Both the position numbers and the translations under genes were made by a program. From NCBI RefSeq assembly GCF_004010195.1, contig NC_057720.1, positions 29,110,898 to 29,163,003 on the forward strand: 52,106 bases of DNA, written 5' to 3'. The notes under the pieces are model-generated. The model had not been told where the DNA came from and did not search any database. It saw only the letters and a program-made list of their open reading frames with translations. Shown piece after piece: positions 36,393-48,694 of this stretch. Every line of letters starts with the position of its first letter. Position 1 is the stretch's first letter. The DNA is from Chiloscyllium plagiosum. Taxonomy: Eukaryota.

Positions 36393-37691
36393 CATGAAGT
36401 GCTGATGAATGGTGTGAAGATGTGTTTACACTGAGACTCACAAACACTTGAAAGCTAACGTTAGGAACATTTGTTCAGAAACTGAAAGTAAGAGTCAAGA
36501 CATTTTTACCTGTGCCACCAAAGTACTCTCAATGGGCTTTTTTCTTTCTCAACCTCCCACTATGTGTTAGTGTAGTCCCTGATTCCACAGCTAAGGTTGA
36601 GGGAACCTCCTTGGTGGTTGAGCCCATTGGCCCTCTATGTTTGATCATGTGACCCTAGAAGTGTTTGTGTCTGGATGGACCAGGCATGACAAAGGTTTTC
36701 TTGCTAGGACACTTCCAAGGGTCAAGGGGACAGGCAAGGTGCATAGATGGAAGGCCCGATCACCTCTGCAGTGTCCTGAGTGGAAAATGCAGAAGCTCCT
36801 TTGTGTGATTCCAGCTCTGGCCAGGTGCCTATGACATCACTCTGTCTACTTGTGAGGAGGGGCACCTGGACTGGCATTAAGATCAGAAGAAATTAGTTAT
36901 TGATGAGAAATATGATACGTATCTGCCTGAGCTGCTGCCTCTTTGACTTTAGATATCTGACACTCATCCAACTAGGACATATTAAATACTTCTTGAATTA
37001 TCCACATCTTCCATTCACTCTCCCATCCTTTTCACGTTCACAGGAAGGACAGAGAAAATGTTTAGATTTATAGATTGTCAATCATCTCCCATGCTTGTCT
37101 ATCTTTTACAATTCTCCGATTTTCAACATGAATTCACATTACTGGAAGAAGTGATTTTTTAAATTCTTCTAAGAATGGGAAAGCTTCATACATGGCTTTA
37201 ACCCATGGCCATATCACACAGCCAAAATGTCTTTATCCTTTTAAATTCAGTGTGTTGCATTAAGTTGCAAAGCTTTTATCTTTTTTGTCACGAACTAACT
37301 CATACTCATCCAAAATAGCCCTTTACTGTGCCATGCAAGTGTCTTCTGAATGTAACGCATAAATCACAAATTCTTGCTGTCAATCTGCTTTACAAGGATA
37401 ACGTCCAGTTTCCTTTGGAACTTCATTTGCTTTTACTCCTTTCTTGAATTACATAAAACATTTCCTCAAATTTTGGTAAGGCTTTGGTCCCTAATCAGGG
37501 ACTACACTAACATATAGTGGGAGGTTGAGAAGGAAAAAAGCCCATTGAGAGTACTTTGGTGGCACAGATAAAAATATCTTGTGTCTTACTTTCAGTTTCT
37601 GAACAAATGTTCCTAACGTTAGCTTTCATGTGTTTGTGAGTCTCAGTGTACACACTAAACACATCTTCACACCATCCGTCAGCACTTCATG
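36393..37691. repeat. Inverted repeat: ~195-bp arms (36393-36584, 37493-37691) around a ~910-bp spacer
   Basis: Arm 2 is the reverse complement of arm 1 with scattered substitutions and small indels (e.g. GCTAACGTTAGGAACATTTGTTCAGAAACTGAAAGTAAGA). Confidence 0.92.
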
Positions 37692-38098
37692 CCCTTTGGG
37701 TTATGGTATGTATCTTCTCATTGGAACCTTCCTCTGTTACTGAGTTTTATTTCAAATAAAGCCCTCTAAACCAGTATTCTCTTTCTCTCTCGTCTGAAAT
37801 GCTCTTTCTTTTTGACTGAGTTCCAGTTTCTTAAATGCCCTTTCTTTTACCTCCCCACGCTCTCTGGAATTCTCTTCCCTTTCCTTTCTCCTCTCTCAGA
37901 AGTTCAAGTTCAAGTTATTTTTAAATTTTCATCACCATTTCCACCTCAAGCTGCTTATTTCTTTTTCAGACTCAAGCTGTCTTAACAGTAATTGAATTCT
38001 TGCTTACTCAATTGACTCACCTCTTTGTGTACCTGGTCCTTTTTGTACATCCAACAATCCCAAAGGCTGAGTAGATACTTCAATTATCTCTACCTCTT

Positions 38099-38716
38099 TT
38101 GGAGTACTGTGCCCAGTTCTGATCTCCCTATTATAGGAAGGATATTATCAAGCTGCTCTCAGGAATGGTTACTTGACCCGAAACATTAACTCTGAGTTCT
38201 CTCCACAGATGCTGCCAGAACTACTGAGCTTTTCGAGCAATTTCTAATTTTGTCTATCATCAAACTGGAGAGGGTACAGAAGAGATTTACCAGGATGTTG
38301 CCAGGAATGGAGGGTTTGAGTTATAAGGAGAGGCTGGATAGGCTGGGACGTTTTTCACTGGAGCGTAAGAGGGTGAGAGGTGACCTTATAAAGGTTTATA
38401 AAATATTTAGGGGTATAGATCAGGTGAATGGCAGATATCCTTTCCCTAGGGTGGGTGATTTCAAGACTAGGGGGCATAGTTTTAAGGTAAGGGGAGAAAG
38501 ATTTAAAAAGACATGAGGGACAATGTGTGGAATGAACTTCCAGAGGAGGCCGTGCATGTAGGGACAGTTACAATGTTTAAAAGATAAGTATATGATTAAG
38601 AAATACTTGGAGGGATATGGTCCAAGCACAAGCAAGTGGAACTAGTTCAGTTTGGGATTATGGTCAGCATGGCCTGGTTGGGCCTGGATCTCTTTCAGTG
38701 CTGCATGGTTCTATGG
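38099..38716 (+). mobile_element. CR1 3' fragment with small PLE pseudo-LTR insert (~38156-38254)
   Basis: ORF 38250..38516 (KLERVQKRFTRMLPG, RGDLIKVYKI). Insert flanked by TATTATCAAGCTG / TATCATCAAACTG. Confidence 0.85.
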
Positions 38717-38861
38717 CTTTTAATTTTTGTGGGAAATTCAACTTTTATCTCTTTTGTCAATTATGCGAGCTTATGCTTAACTGGCCCTTGCAAACCAGTC
38801 AGGGATACTGCAGGAAAAAATGCCATTTCAAAATTTCCCAAACAAAACAGAAAAATAAAAT

Positions 38862-39551
38862 CCTCATGCACCAGTCGCTGAAGGCAAGCACGCAGGTGCA
38901 GCAAGCAGTGAAGAAGGCAAAAGGTACGTTGGTCTTCATTGCGAGAGATTTTGAGTACAGGAGCAGGGATGTGTTGTTGCAGTTATACAGGGCCTTGGTG
39001 AGGCCACACCTCGAATATTGTGTGTAGGTTTGGTCTCCTTTTCTGGGGAAGGATGATCTTGCTCCCAAGGAAGGGCAGTAAAGGTTTACCCGGCTGATTC
39101 CGGGAATGGCAGGACTGACACATGAGGAGAGATTGACTAGCTTAGGATTGTTTTTTTTTTGGAGTTCAGTGGAATTAGGGGAGATCTCATAGTGACTTAT
39201 AAGATTCTAATAGGGCTAGACAGGGTAGATGCAGAGAGGATGTTCTTGATGGTGAGTATGTCCAGTACCAGGGCTTACAGTCTGAGGATTTGTGGTAGAC
39301 CATTTAGGATGGAGATGAGGAGACACTTCTTTACCCAAGGAGAGGTGAACCTGTGGAATCATTACCACAGGAAGTAGTTGATGCCAAAACATTGAATCTA
39401 TTCAAGATATAGCACTTAGGGTGAATGGGATCAAAGGTGAAAACAGGATTAGCCTATTGAGTTGGAAGATCAGCCCTGACCGTGATAAATGGCAGAGCAG
39501 GCTTGAAGGATCGAATGGCCTCCTCCTGCTTCTATCTTCTATGTTTCTATG
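38862..39551 (+). mobile_element. CR1 3' fragment (different subfamily)
   Basis: QVQQAVKKAKGTL...LYRALVRPHLEYCV, RGDLIVTYKIL; TTCTATG tail. Confidence 0.88.
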
Positions 39552-42500
39552 AAAACACAAAAAAGACGTGTTAAATTATCAGAATTAAGTGGCACTCGAT
39601 CAAGAGGATTTACTTCCTCTTGAATTTTGGAACTACTAGGTAAACTAGACTTGATTCTTCTAATTCCATATAGTTTTTTTTGTGTATGCCACTATTTAGA
39701 AGAAAAAAAATGACAATATTCAGTTTGGAATGTGTGTGATTGAGTAGATAAATATCCATAATGTCCAGTATTTGAAGCTCTTCAGGCAAGCCTTCCACTT
39801 TCCAACTTCGGTAAGCTTCAGCTCTTCCAAAACTCTTCTTTTTTACCTCTACTAATTCACAAAATGTCACATTTATCCACACAACTGTATTCAGTGACTT
39901 ACACATGGTACAAAAAAAGCTCAATACTAAAGTTATCCTCCTTGTTTTCAAATCCATTCATGGTATTGTCTCTAACCTCCTCATCACTGTTACTCTCTTT
40001 GAAAGCTTTACCAATTCTGATTCAGTGTATTCCCAATTTCCATCACATTATTATCACAAGTTGTATCTTCAGTTATCTAGACACTGGAACTTTATTTCTG
40101 TTAAGAAGTTCCGACTTACAGCTTTTGATCACATGACATCTCCTTTTATGACTTGCTGTTAAATTTGGTCTGATAAATCTGTGAAATATTTGGAATATTT
40201 TACTCCATTAAAGATATGATATGAATACAAGTTGTTTTACTAATGGAAGAATAGAGCAAATGTCTTCAATTTCAAGTGAGATTATTATAGGGTTGTGCAA
40301 TAATTATCCATATTAGCACATTCTAGATCTGCATAGGTTAATTGCAAAGTCTACATTTTAATTTTCAAAGATCGATTGAATTTAATAGATTCATAGAGAA
40401 TTAATGCAGAGGCTGTGAAATGATAATTGCTGCAATTCCCAAACACAATTATCTACAGTCCTGAGCTAACACAGGAAGGAAATACATTTCAGCAGAGAGC
40501 ATTCAAGGCAAGTAATTTTAGAATCAATGGAATAATACATCTGAGCTTCCGCTCAAAGAGAACTATAGTGTTCCCAAATTGCCCAGAATCTATGTTTAAG
40601 TTTTCTTAGAAACAAAAGTATTTATTACATTTTGACCTGTAATGTATGTGCCATTGCTGGGTCTGTGGGTAGGAGAGGCTGCCCTCTGAGAAAAAGCAGG
40701 ATATGAGAGTTTAGTGAAAAAACAGTGAGGATCTGAGAAAGAAGTCCACACTGTTAGATTAAACAGCTGCTAATAATTATTAAACCCAGCAGTTTTTTCA
40801 AACCTTTCACGAGTCTCTGATTTACTGTATTTCAAATAGCTTTTCTTCCCTGACTCATCTTTTGGAGAAAATGGTAAAGGAATAAATGGTACAGAATGAA
40901 TTTGGCACATCTCCAATATACAAACTGCAGTATACTGGAGTTGGGATGGTATCATGGTTTCTCAGACACCAAGCTTTCAAAGCTGGCCTGTATTAAGAGT
41001 AGAACTGAAGACAAGGAGGAGAAAATGGGAGGTCATACTACTTTAGGGTTGAGAAAGAGGTGGAAGTGTTCATACCATCATTTAGGTGTTCATTTGAAGA
41101 ATGATATCATCAGTCACCATGAACTGTCTCTCTCTCTCCATACCAGGTAGCCAAGGAATGATTTTTAATGAAGAGCAGAACAAAACAAATGGACAACTAC
41201 AAAGCTCTGGGATGGAGCAGAGGAGAGAGACAGAATGAACCAAATGGTCTTTTACCATGCAATCTATGATCTGATGATCCTGTATATAAAATCACTTCAT
41301 GATTACAACTTAGTTCCTGATCTGTAAATAATCTGCTGTATAAAAATAACTTTTATTTCCTGTTCATTCTGACAAAAACTTTGAAACTGTTTTAATTTCT
41401 ACATAGCATGGATTACTTCAAATTGTATTGGTAAGTATTCTGAGATAGCTAGTTGTAATCTTCAATAGCTCAGTGATTAAATAGTTCAATGCTAAATGCC
41501 AAAGACCATTTGAAGAAAGCTCAAACTCTAGGTGACACTACATAAAATATATTGAGAAATGTAGCACTGCCCAGGAGCAGGCGAATCTTAATTACTGTAA
41601 TGCGATCAATGAAAATATCACAGAGCTTCTAGCACTTTTCCAATCATTGCATAATGAGAAAGTAATCATATGAAAACTTTAATGCTTACAGTCAATGAAT
41701 TGGGTTTACTAAAATTAAAAATGAAATATTTAAACTTGTCAATATAAGTTTGATTACATTACAGCTTTTAAATACTACCTTTGATTTGCAAAATAATGCA
41801 AGATATATTACTGCATAGAATATTCTATATATTGCCTTGCCAGATTAGATTTTAATTTGATGAAATGAGAAACAACTGTTAAACTGGCAAACAATGCTAA
41901 ATATATTTCCCTGCCTGAGTAAGGAGCTGTAAATAAGCAAATCTCAGAGAAAAACAAGATCATACATTTTGAAAGCTATATCACTTACAGTCTGGTGGAA
42001 AGATCAAATATTGATGTCCCAGAAACTGTCTCCTGCCATCCAGCCTTTTTCATGACCAACCAAATGTGAGTGCCCACTGGAATTAACCTCATTGCAAAGG
42101 TACCGCATAAAATGCCAAGCTAACCACCTTCTAGAATCAATATAATGATGATTGTTGCTGGTATAGTCCCAGGAGAGTATAGACACTAATGGTTTTGTAA
42201 ATAAAATGCAGGAATCAATTATCTCACTGAAGTAGTCAGACTCTGGAGATAAATGGAGGTGCCACTCCCAAACTCCAGATGAATGTTGTCATCATAGTGG
42301 TTGGGTCATAGTCCTGATGATTAGGCTTTAAATTGTATAGGGACCCCACCTTAAGTAGATTACAGGACCCCAGGCCACATTTTACGAGAGCCAGACAACA
42401 AATTAGTTGACATCAACACTGTTATCTTTTTGACAGGCATTTACCACCTTCCAGGAGTTGTCCTAGGAGCAGTGGTAATGGCTGAGACTACACCTGGCAG

Positions 42501-43217
42501 AAGACCTTTCTATACCTTTCTATAGGTATGTTAGGAATAAAAGAATGACTAGGGTAGGAATAGGTCCAGTCAAGGATAGTAGTGGGAAGTTGCGTATGCG
42601 CCACCGACTCAGCCATGTGCATGGGGCTAGTGGATTGGTGGGGTTCAGTGGATTTCTTCAGGTTAACCATTGCTGGTGGCTACAGAGTATCCAAATAGGA
42701 ATTACCGCACCACCACCACCTCCATGTCAGGTTATTGTCCCATCCACCTCTCTGACAATCCTAAAGCACTGGTGAAATTAGCCCTGAAACAATCTACTAT
42801 TTTCCAATGGCCTGTCTATCCCCTCTGTTAAAGATATTAATGCAAAACGGAAATGTGGACAAAATACACAAGTCATGGTCTTTTTGTTTTCCAAAGATTG
42901 TTAACTATTTTTGTATTAGTTTCCTCCCTCATTTTTTCTTGACGGGGAGTAACTATCTGCTGGCATCTAAGTATTGGTAGAACATGGGATCAGGAGGTGA
43001 CTATTCAATCCCTCGAAATTGTTGTGCTATTTAATTAGATTATGCTTGCTCACCTGTAACCCTTAATACCCTCAGCTATCAAAGATATATTAGTCTCAGC
43101 ACTGGAATCTTCAGCTGATCCAGCTGCAGCAACCTTTTGTGTGAGAGATTTATTAACTTCTGCCACTCTCTGCACTGGAATTTATGGAGTACTGTGGCCT
43201 CCATTAGTCTAGCCAAA

Positions 43218-43740
43218 AAAGATTAGAGAGGGGAGCCCACTCTTGATCCCAATTGCTTCCTACAGCAATTTGAATTGAACTGAATTAAATTAGCTTTATT
43301 GTCACATGTACTGAAATGAGTACAATGAAACGTTTATAGATGGTGCATTAGATTGCCATCTTATGTACCTAGGTACAGATGCTTAAGATCAAAGTCTTAG
43401 GAAGTAAAACAAAAATGCACAGTGGTTAGCACTGCTGCCTCGCAGCGCCAGAGACCCGGGTTCAATTCCCGCCTCAGGTGACTGACTGTGTGGAGTTTGC
43501 ACGTTCTCCCCGTGTCTGCGTGGGTTTCCTGGCACAGGCCCAAAGATTAGAGAGGGGAGCCCACTCTTGATCCCAATTGCTTCCTACAGCAATTTGAATT
43601 GAACTGAATTCAATTAGCTTTATTGTCACATGTACTGAAATGAGTACAATGAAACGTTAATAGATGGTGCATTAGATTGCCATCTTACGTACCTAGGTAC
43701 AGATGCTTAAGATCAAAGTCTTAGGAAGTAAAACAAAAAT
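43218..43740. repeat. 199-bp direct duplication (43218-43416, 43542-43740) bracketing a 3'-truncated HE1 SINE (43417-43530)
   Basis: Copies differ at 3 positions that I could find. The insert is the SINE head plus the start of the V-domain, then 11 nt of filler (43531-43541). Confidence 0.93.
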
Positions 43741-45179
43741 TAGAAAATTAAAGAAACAAATATCCAGCATTATAGGTGATAGGAATACATTAGAAAAATA
43801 AAGAAGTAAAAAGTTCAGAATATCAGTCTTTCCAACCCCAGTGCATGCCGGCACATAGCTGCAAGGGAGACATCCACGACTTGCTTTAAAGCAAGACTTC
43901 CACCCCTATCTTGAGAAGGAGGCTTGCAGTGACTCCAGGCAGTCTTCAGGTAGGACCAGGGTCAGTGGTCTCGGCAGAGAGGGAATAAGTTGAATGTTAT
44001 TTGGGAGAGAGTTATTGAATTTTGACCCAATAACAATGATGAAAAGGGGAGACAATTCCATGTCCAGATGATATCTGATTTGGAGGGTAAGTTTTAGGAG
44101 GTGTGGTTCCCACATGTCTGCTGTCCTCCTTTTAGGTAATAGATGTTGTTATGAACTCATAGTACAACCGTCTTGCTTGTATTGTGTCTGTATTGAATCA
44201 GCTGTACATTTGCATGCATTATCATTTAAACTGAATTATCCAATTTACTACTAAGCATACAATTGTTTCCATCAGTTTGTGCATGCAAATTGAACACATA
44301 GTCTTTAAGTAATGCTGGTTTCTTCATATTACACATGCGCACTATCGTATCTGTTTATTTAAATGATATTCTTTCTCCAGGGCATATCATTCCCATGTCA
44401 TTTGGAGTCACTATAACCGTTGTTCCATTCCATTGTTGAGTGCTGCTGGGATTGATGGTTGACCTGTGGTGTGCATAGATTGTGAGTCCACATCTGCTGA
44501 TTGGCACCAGCAGTGAAGGAACAGCTTGTTTAGTTCTGTGCATGTACTTGCGGTTGAGACTGTATATCTGGTCATTCATTTCCACCATGTACAATCGAGG
44601 TGACAAATGCTCTAAGCAGGTCCCAATCCCATACCTGTTAGTGCATTGACACTTCAGCCGGACCCAAAGGGTACCTGTACTGCCATATTGACTTGCTCTA
44701 TCTCAGACAGCCTGCCTATCTGAGATAGAGGTGAAGGAACATCTCAGTGTACAGCACAACAAGACATACGGCATGCCCCAGTAGACTAGGGGGCTAGATG
44801 GAGGTAAAGTTTGATGTTGCCCAATCTCGACATTGGTGGGATGGATTGAAATGGGCTACTGGAAGTCAGTGAGATAAAAGTGAACAAGGAGGCCTGGCAA
44901 CCAAATGGCACCCAGTAATGATGGTGTCCACTGCAAACCACTTTCCCTGTAATCACTTGCCTTTCTCTAAGTGCAAAATGCAACTGGAAAGTGGCTGGAA
45001 GAGCACCCAAACTGAATGAATCAGTTTCAGATTTAAAGGTGGAAACTAGACATTAAGAGATTGAAGGAGCAAATGCATGAAGCATAGATTTGCAAATGCC
45101 AGCTACCCCATTTAATTTGCAAACTTTTCTTCACAGAAGTGGAATGCATGCAGAATGACAGTGCTGCTGAGTAAAATGT

Positions 45180-45425
45180 TGAATTTGCTTTACATGGACT
45201 TTCAGAAGGCTTTTGATAGAGTCCCATGTAACAGATTAGTTTTCAAAATTAAAGCGCATGGGATTGAGGTAGTGCACTAATATGGATAGGGAACTGGTTG
45301 TCAGACAGGAAGCCAAGAATGGGAATAAATGAGTCTTTTTCACAGAGCCATCCAGTGACTGGTGGGGTACCAGAGGGATCAGTTACTCCAATATATATTA
45401 ATGATTTAGATGAGGGAACTAAATA
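45180..45425 (+). mobile_element. CR1 RT fragment
   Basis: Degenerate YMDFQKAFDRVP...IGNWLSDRKPRMGIN...GVPEGSV...IYINDLDEG. Confidence 0.75.
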
Positions 45426-45432
45426 AAATATT

Positions 45433-45715
45433 TCTCTCATACACACAGTACTGCCTCTGTCTCATATATAGTTACACACACATACAGACACACACAGACA
45501 CACATTTGCTCTCTCTCTCTATATATCTCTCTCTCACATACATACTCTCTCACACATATATTTCCTTTCTCAAGCATACATCCCATCTCTCTCTCACACT
45601 TGACATACACACTCCCTCTTTTTTAAACACACACTCCCTCTCTCTCACAAACGTACTCCATGCCTCTCACACATGTGCACACATGCACATCCCCCCTCTC
45701 CCTCTCTATCACACT
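45433..45715. repeat. Compound CA/CT low-complexity microsatellite
   Basis: Interspersed ACACAC and CTCTCT runs. Confidence 0.85.
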
Positions 45716-45737
45716 CAGTTAAACTCATTCACAGACT

Positions 45738-45955
45738 GGAGGAGAAAGTGAGGTCTGCAGATGCTGGAGATCAGGCTGAAAATGTGTTGCTGGAAAAGCG
45801 CAGCAGGTCAGGCAGCATCCAGGGAACAGGAGAATCGACGTTTCGGGCATAAGCCCTTCTTCATTCCTGAAGAAGGGCTTATGCCCGAAACGTCGATTCT
45901 CCTGTTCCCTGGATGCTGCCTGACCTGCTGCGCTTTTCCAGCAACACATTTTCAG
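45738..45955. mobile_element. Mini PLE insertion forming a perfect 89-bp palindrome, 14-bp TSD
   Basis: Arms 45775-45863 and 45868-45956 are exact reverse complements with a TTCC loop. TSD CTCATTCACAGACT at 45724-45737 and 45956-45969. Confidence 0.95.
45863..45898 (+). ncRNA. Putative minimal hammerhead ribozyme core
   Basis: CUGAAGA-A-GGGC(UUAU)GCCC-GAAAC-GUC. Stem II perfect, stem III loopless palindrome, stem I weak (AUUC/GAUU). Confidence 0.55.
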
Positions 45956-46189
45956 CTCATTCACAGACTCCCTCCCTTACTCTCTCCATGGCCTGAAGGT
46001 CTCAATATTTTCCTGCTGTTGACATTGTGGCAAAGTTACACCTCATCCTGCCTCAGAGACCTTCTGCCTGGTGGCTGGGTGTGCACTGTAGCTGCCAATT
46101 CTATCTTCATGGCCTCCTCGCTTGTACTCACAACTCACGTTCTATTAAGGGCCGCATCTGGAGAGTGAATAGATCATGTAGAAATTAGA

Positions 46190-46610
46190 TTGATACCTGA
46201 ATGAACAGGTTGTCTTGTGAGAAGTTTGACAGTCTGGACTTGCTTTCACTGGAGTTTAAAGAAGTAAGACTGAAGTGTGTGAGATCCTTAATGGTCTTGA
46301 CAAATGGATGTGGAAAGGATGTTTCCTCCTGTGAACGAGGGGGACACTGTTTAAAAGTTAGGTGTCACTCTACCAAGATAGAGATGAGGAGAAAATTATT
46401 TTCCGAGTGAATTGCCTCTGCCCCAGAAGATAGTGGATGATTTTAATGGATTATTTAAATAGATTCTTATTCGGCAAGAGAATCAAATGTTATTGGGGGC
46501 ACATGGGAGTATGGAACTTCAAACCAAACAGAACAGCCATGATCTTATTGAATGGCAGAGCAGGCTTGAGGGGCCAAATAGCCCATTCCTGCTATTAATT
46601 TGCCTGTTCG
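46190..46610 (+). mobile_element. Old CR1 3' fragment
   Basis: Degenerate TTTCACTGGAGTTTA, GAGATGAGGAGAAAATTATTT, GAATGGCAGAGCAGGCTTGAGGGGCCAAATAGCC. Confidence 0.65.
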
Positions 46611-46885
46611 CAAAGAGAAGCTACTCATCTGCATACTGTTTGTTGATCAACCAATTGCAGATGGGGTTTCTTACATATTTGGTGCTGACAGGTGTACCAG
46701 TGAGCCTCTCAACATCAAATATGGGGAGGAAGCAGCCCAGTGATTGTGTAAGCAGCTGTACAACAATTGTCAAAGGCATTCTTTCACCTGTTATTCTGTG
46801 TGTTTTAGACAAGGCTACCTTGGCTGGCCACATTATAGCCTATAGGCTGCCTGTTGGACAAGCCTGCTGTAAACGTACAGTTATA

Positions 46886-47110
46886 ATAAAACAAAGAACT
46901 GCGGATGCTGGCGATCTGAAACAAAGACAGAAATTGCTGGAGAAACTCAGCAGGGTTGGCAGCATCTGTGCGAAGAAAGCAGAGTTAATGCTTTGTGTCC
47001 AGTGACTCTTCATCAGAACTGTTAGTAATGGAAAAAGAAATCTGATGTTTATGCTAATGCAAAAGTGGGGGAGGGGGAAGAGGGGAGAAGTGAATGGATA
47101 GGTGGAGGAG
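46886..47110 (-). mobile_element. PLE pseudo-LTR fragment
   Basis: ACAAAGAACTGCGGATGCTGG...GAAATTGCTGGAGAAACTCAGCAGG; degenerate hammerhead core (CTGATGA on minus strand at ~47010-47016). Confidence 0.7.
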
Positions 47111-47608
47111 GAACCTAGAGAGAGTACGAAGGGGTAGGTAACAAGGAGATAATGGATAGTGGACTGGGACCGAATAAAAGCATAAAAAGATCATATCTGG
47201 TCGGTGCAGACCAGTTCCATATTGTATAGTTCTATGACTATATGCACACAGGTATATCTCCCCAAAATGTTGCTCTCAGCAATGTGAAGAATAATATCAT
47301 TCTATTAGCTGTCTTTGCTGTTCTTTGTGCTGTAGCAGACCCCAGAGTGGTGTCCTGTTCTGACTCTCTTGCTTTCACTTGCTTATTTTCCTTTCACTCC
47401 TGGATTTAGAAACTAAACTAACATTGAGTTAAAATGGGATACGGGCCAGGAGCAGACAGGTGGGACTAGTTTAGTTTGGGATTATGTTCAGCATGGACTG
47501 GTAGGACCGAAGGGTCTGTTTCTGTGCTGTATATCTCTAAGACTCTATGTTCAACTCTTTCCTTTCTCCATGATCTTTATTAAAAGGCTTTTTAAAATTC
47601 ATATATAA

Positions 47609-47900
47609 GGCGGCACGGTGGCACAGTGGTTAGCACTGCTGCCTCACAGTGCCAAAGACCCGGGTTCAATTCCCGCTTCAGGCGACTGACTGTGTGGAGT
47701 TTGCACATTCTCCCCGTGTCTGCGTGGTTTTCCTCCGGGTGCTCTGGTTTCCTCCCACAGTCCAAAAATGTGCAGGTTAGGTGAATTGACCATGCTAAAT
47801 TGCCCGTAGCATTAGGTGTAGGGGAATGGGTTTGGGTGGGTGGCGGGTCGGTGTGGACTTGTTGGGCCGAAGGGCCTGTTTCCACACTGTAAGTAATCTA
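47609..47900 (+). mobile_element. HE1-like V-SINE
   Basis: Full head GGCGGCACGGTGGCACAGTGGTTAGC, B box, V-domain and tail. Confidence 0.92.
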
Positions 47901-47914
47901 TGAAAGTTAAGTGG

Positions 47915-48122
47915 AGGTTGGTTTAGCTCAATTGGTTGGATGACTGGAGAGTGACGCCAACAGTTTGGGTTCAGTTCCTGCACCGGCTGAGGTTATCATG
48001 AAGAATTCTATTCAACCTCTCCCCTGGCCTGAGGTATAGTGACCCCTCATGTTAAAACACCACAAGTCATTTGTCTCTCATGAGGGAACAGTTGTATGTC
48101 TGTGAAGACTATGGTGACTTTT
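47915..48122 (+). mobile_element. tRNA-head SINE, second family
   Basis: A box TAGCTCAATTGG, B box GGTTCAGTTCC; same family as 30995-31195. Confidence 0.7.
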
Positions 48123-48694
48123 TCTTTATAGAAGTCATTCTGTCTAATCCCTGTCTCTCCCTTGCCCCCTTCCTGAACTTTATGGAACATAAATGAAAAG
48201 TTACAACTGTTGTTGACTAGTATGTTGTCATCTTTAAAATTCTCTTTCCCACCAACAGCTGCAAACACACCCAGCTTCTCTGTTTACAATATATTCAAAT
48301 TGCATTTTATCTCAGGAGCAAATATTAAAAGCTCAAGAAAAAATCCCAATAATGGTACTGAGAGAGAAAAATTCAACAGATTTGTAGATCGAGGTTAAAA
48401 CAAATTGTCTACCTTGGAAATCTCCTGTGGAAAATGTGTAGAATTCATTATGTGACAGTATAAATGGCTAAACATTTATGCTATTTCTCCAAGGCATGTA
48501 CCAATCTCCCAATAACGTTAAAACAAGATGAAGTACCATCTTCACATTGAGGTACTGACATGTTCTGTGGGACTACTATTGTGCTAAATGGGGCAGACAA
48601 TGAATAGAAGTAGCAATTCCAAACGTGGCACTCACGAGGTGCTGTTCCACCAGCAGCAGTAGAAATATATTTAGCTACAATCTGTAACCTCAAG

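Noticed and set aside
45725..46168. Mirror ORFs with identical peptides on both strands
   Set aside because: Direct consequence of the palindrome; no coding evidence.
46487..47005. 172-aa + strand ORF
   Set aside because: Runs from a CR1 3' end through unique sequence into a PLE pseudo-LTR; no recognisable domain.
47609..47680. tRNA genes at SINE heads (also ~9602, ~43417, ~51086)
   Set aside because: A/B boxes run straight into the V-domain and LINE-like tail; these are SINEs.
48270..48694. Possible exon relic next to the PLE
   Set aside because: Splice-like sites occur on both strands but no convincing frame or motif.
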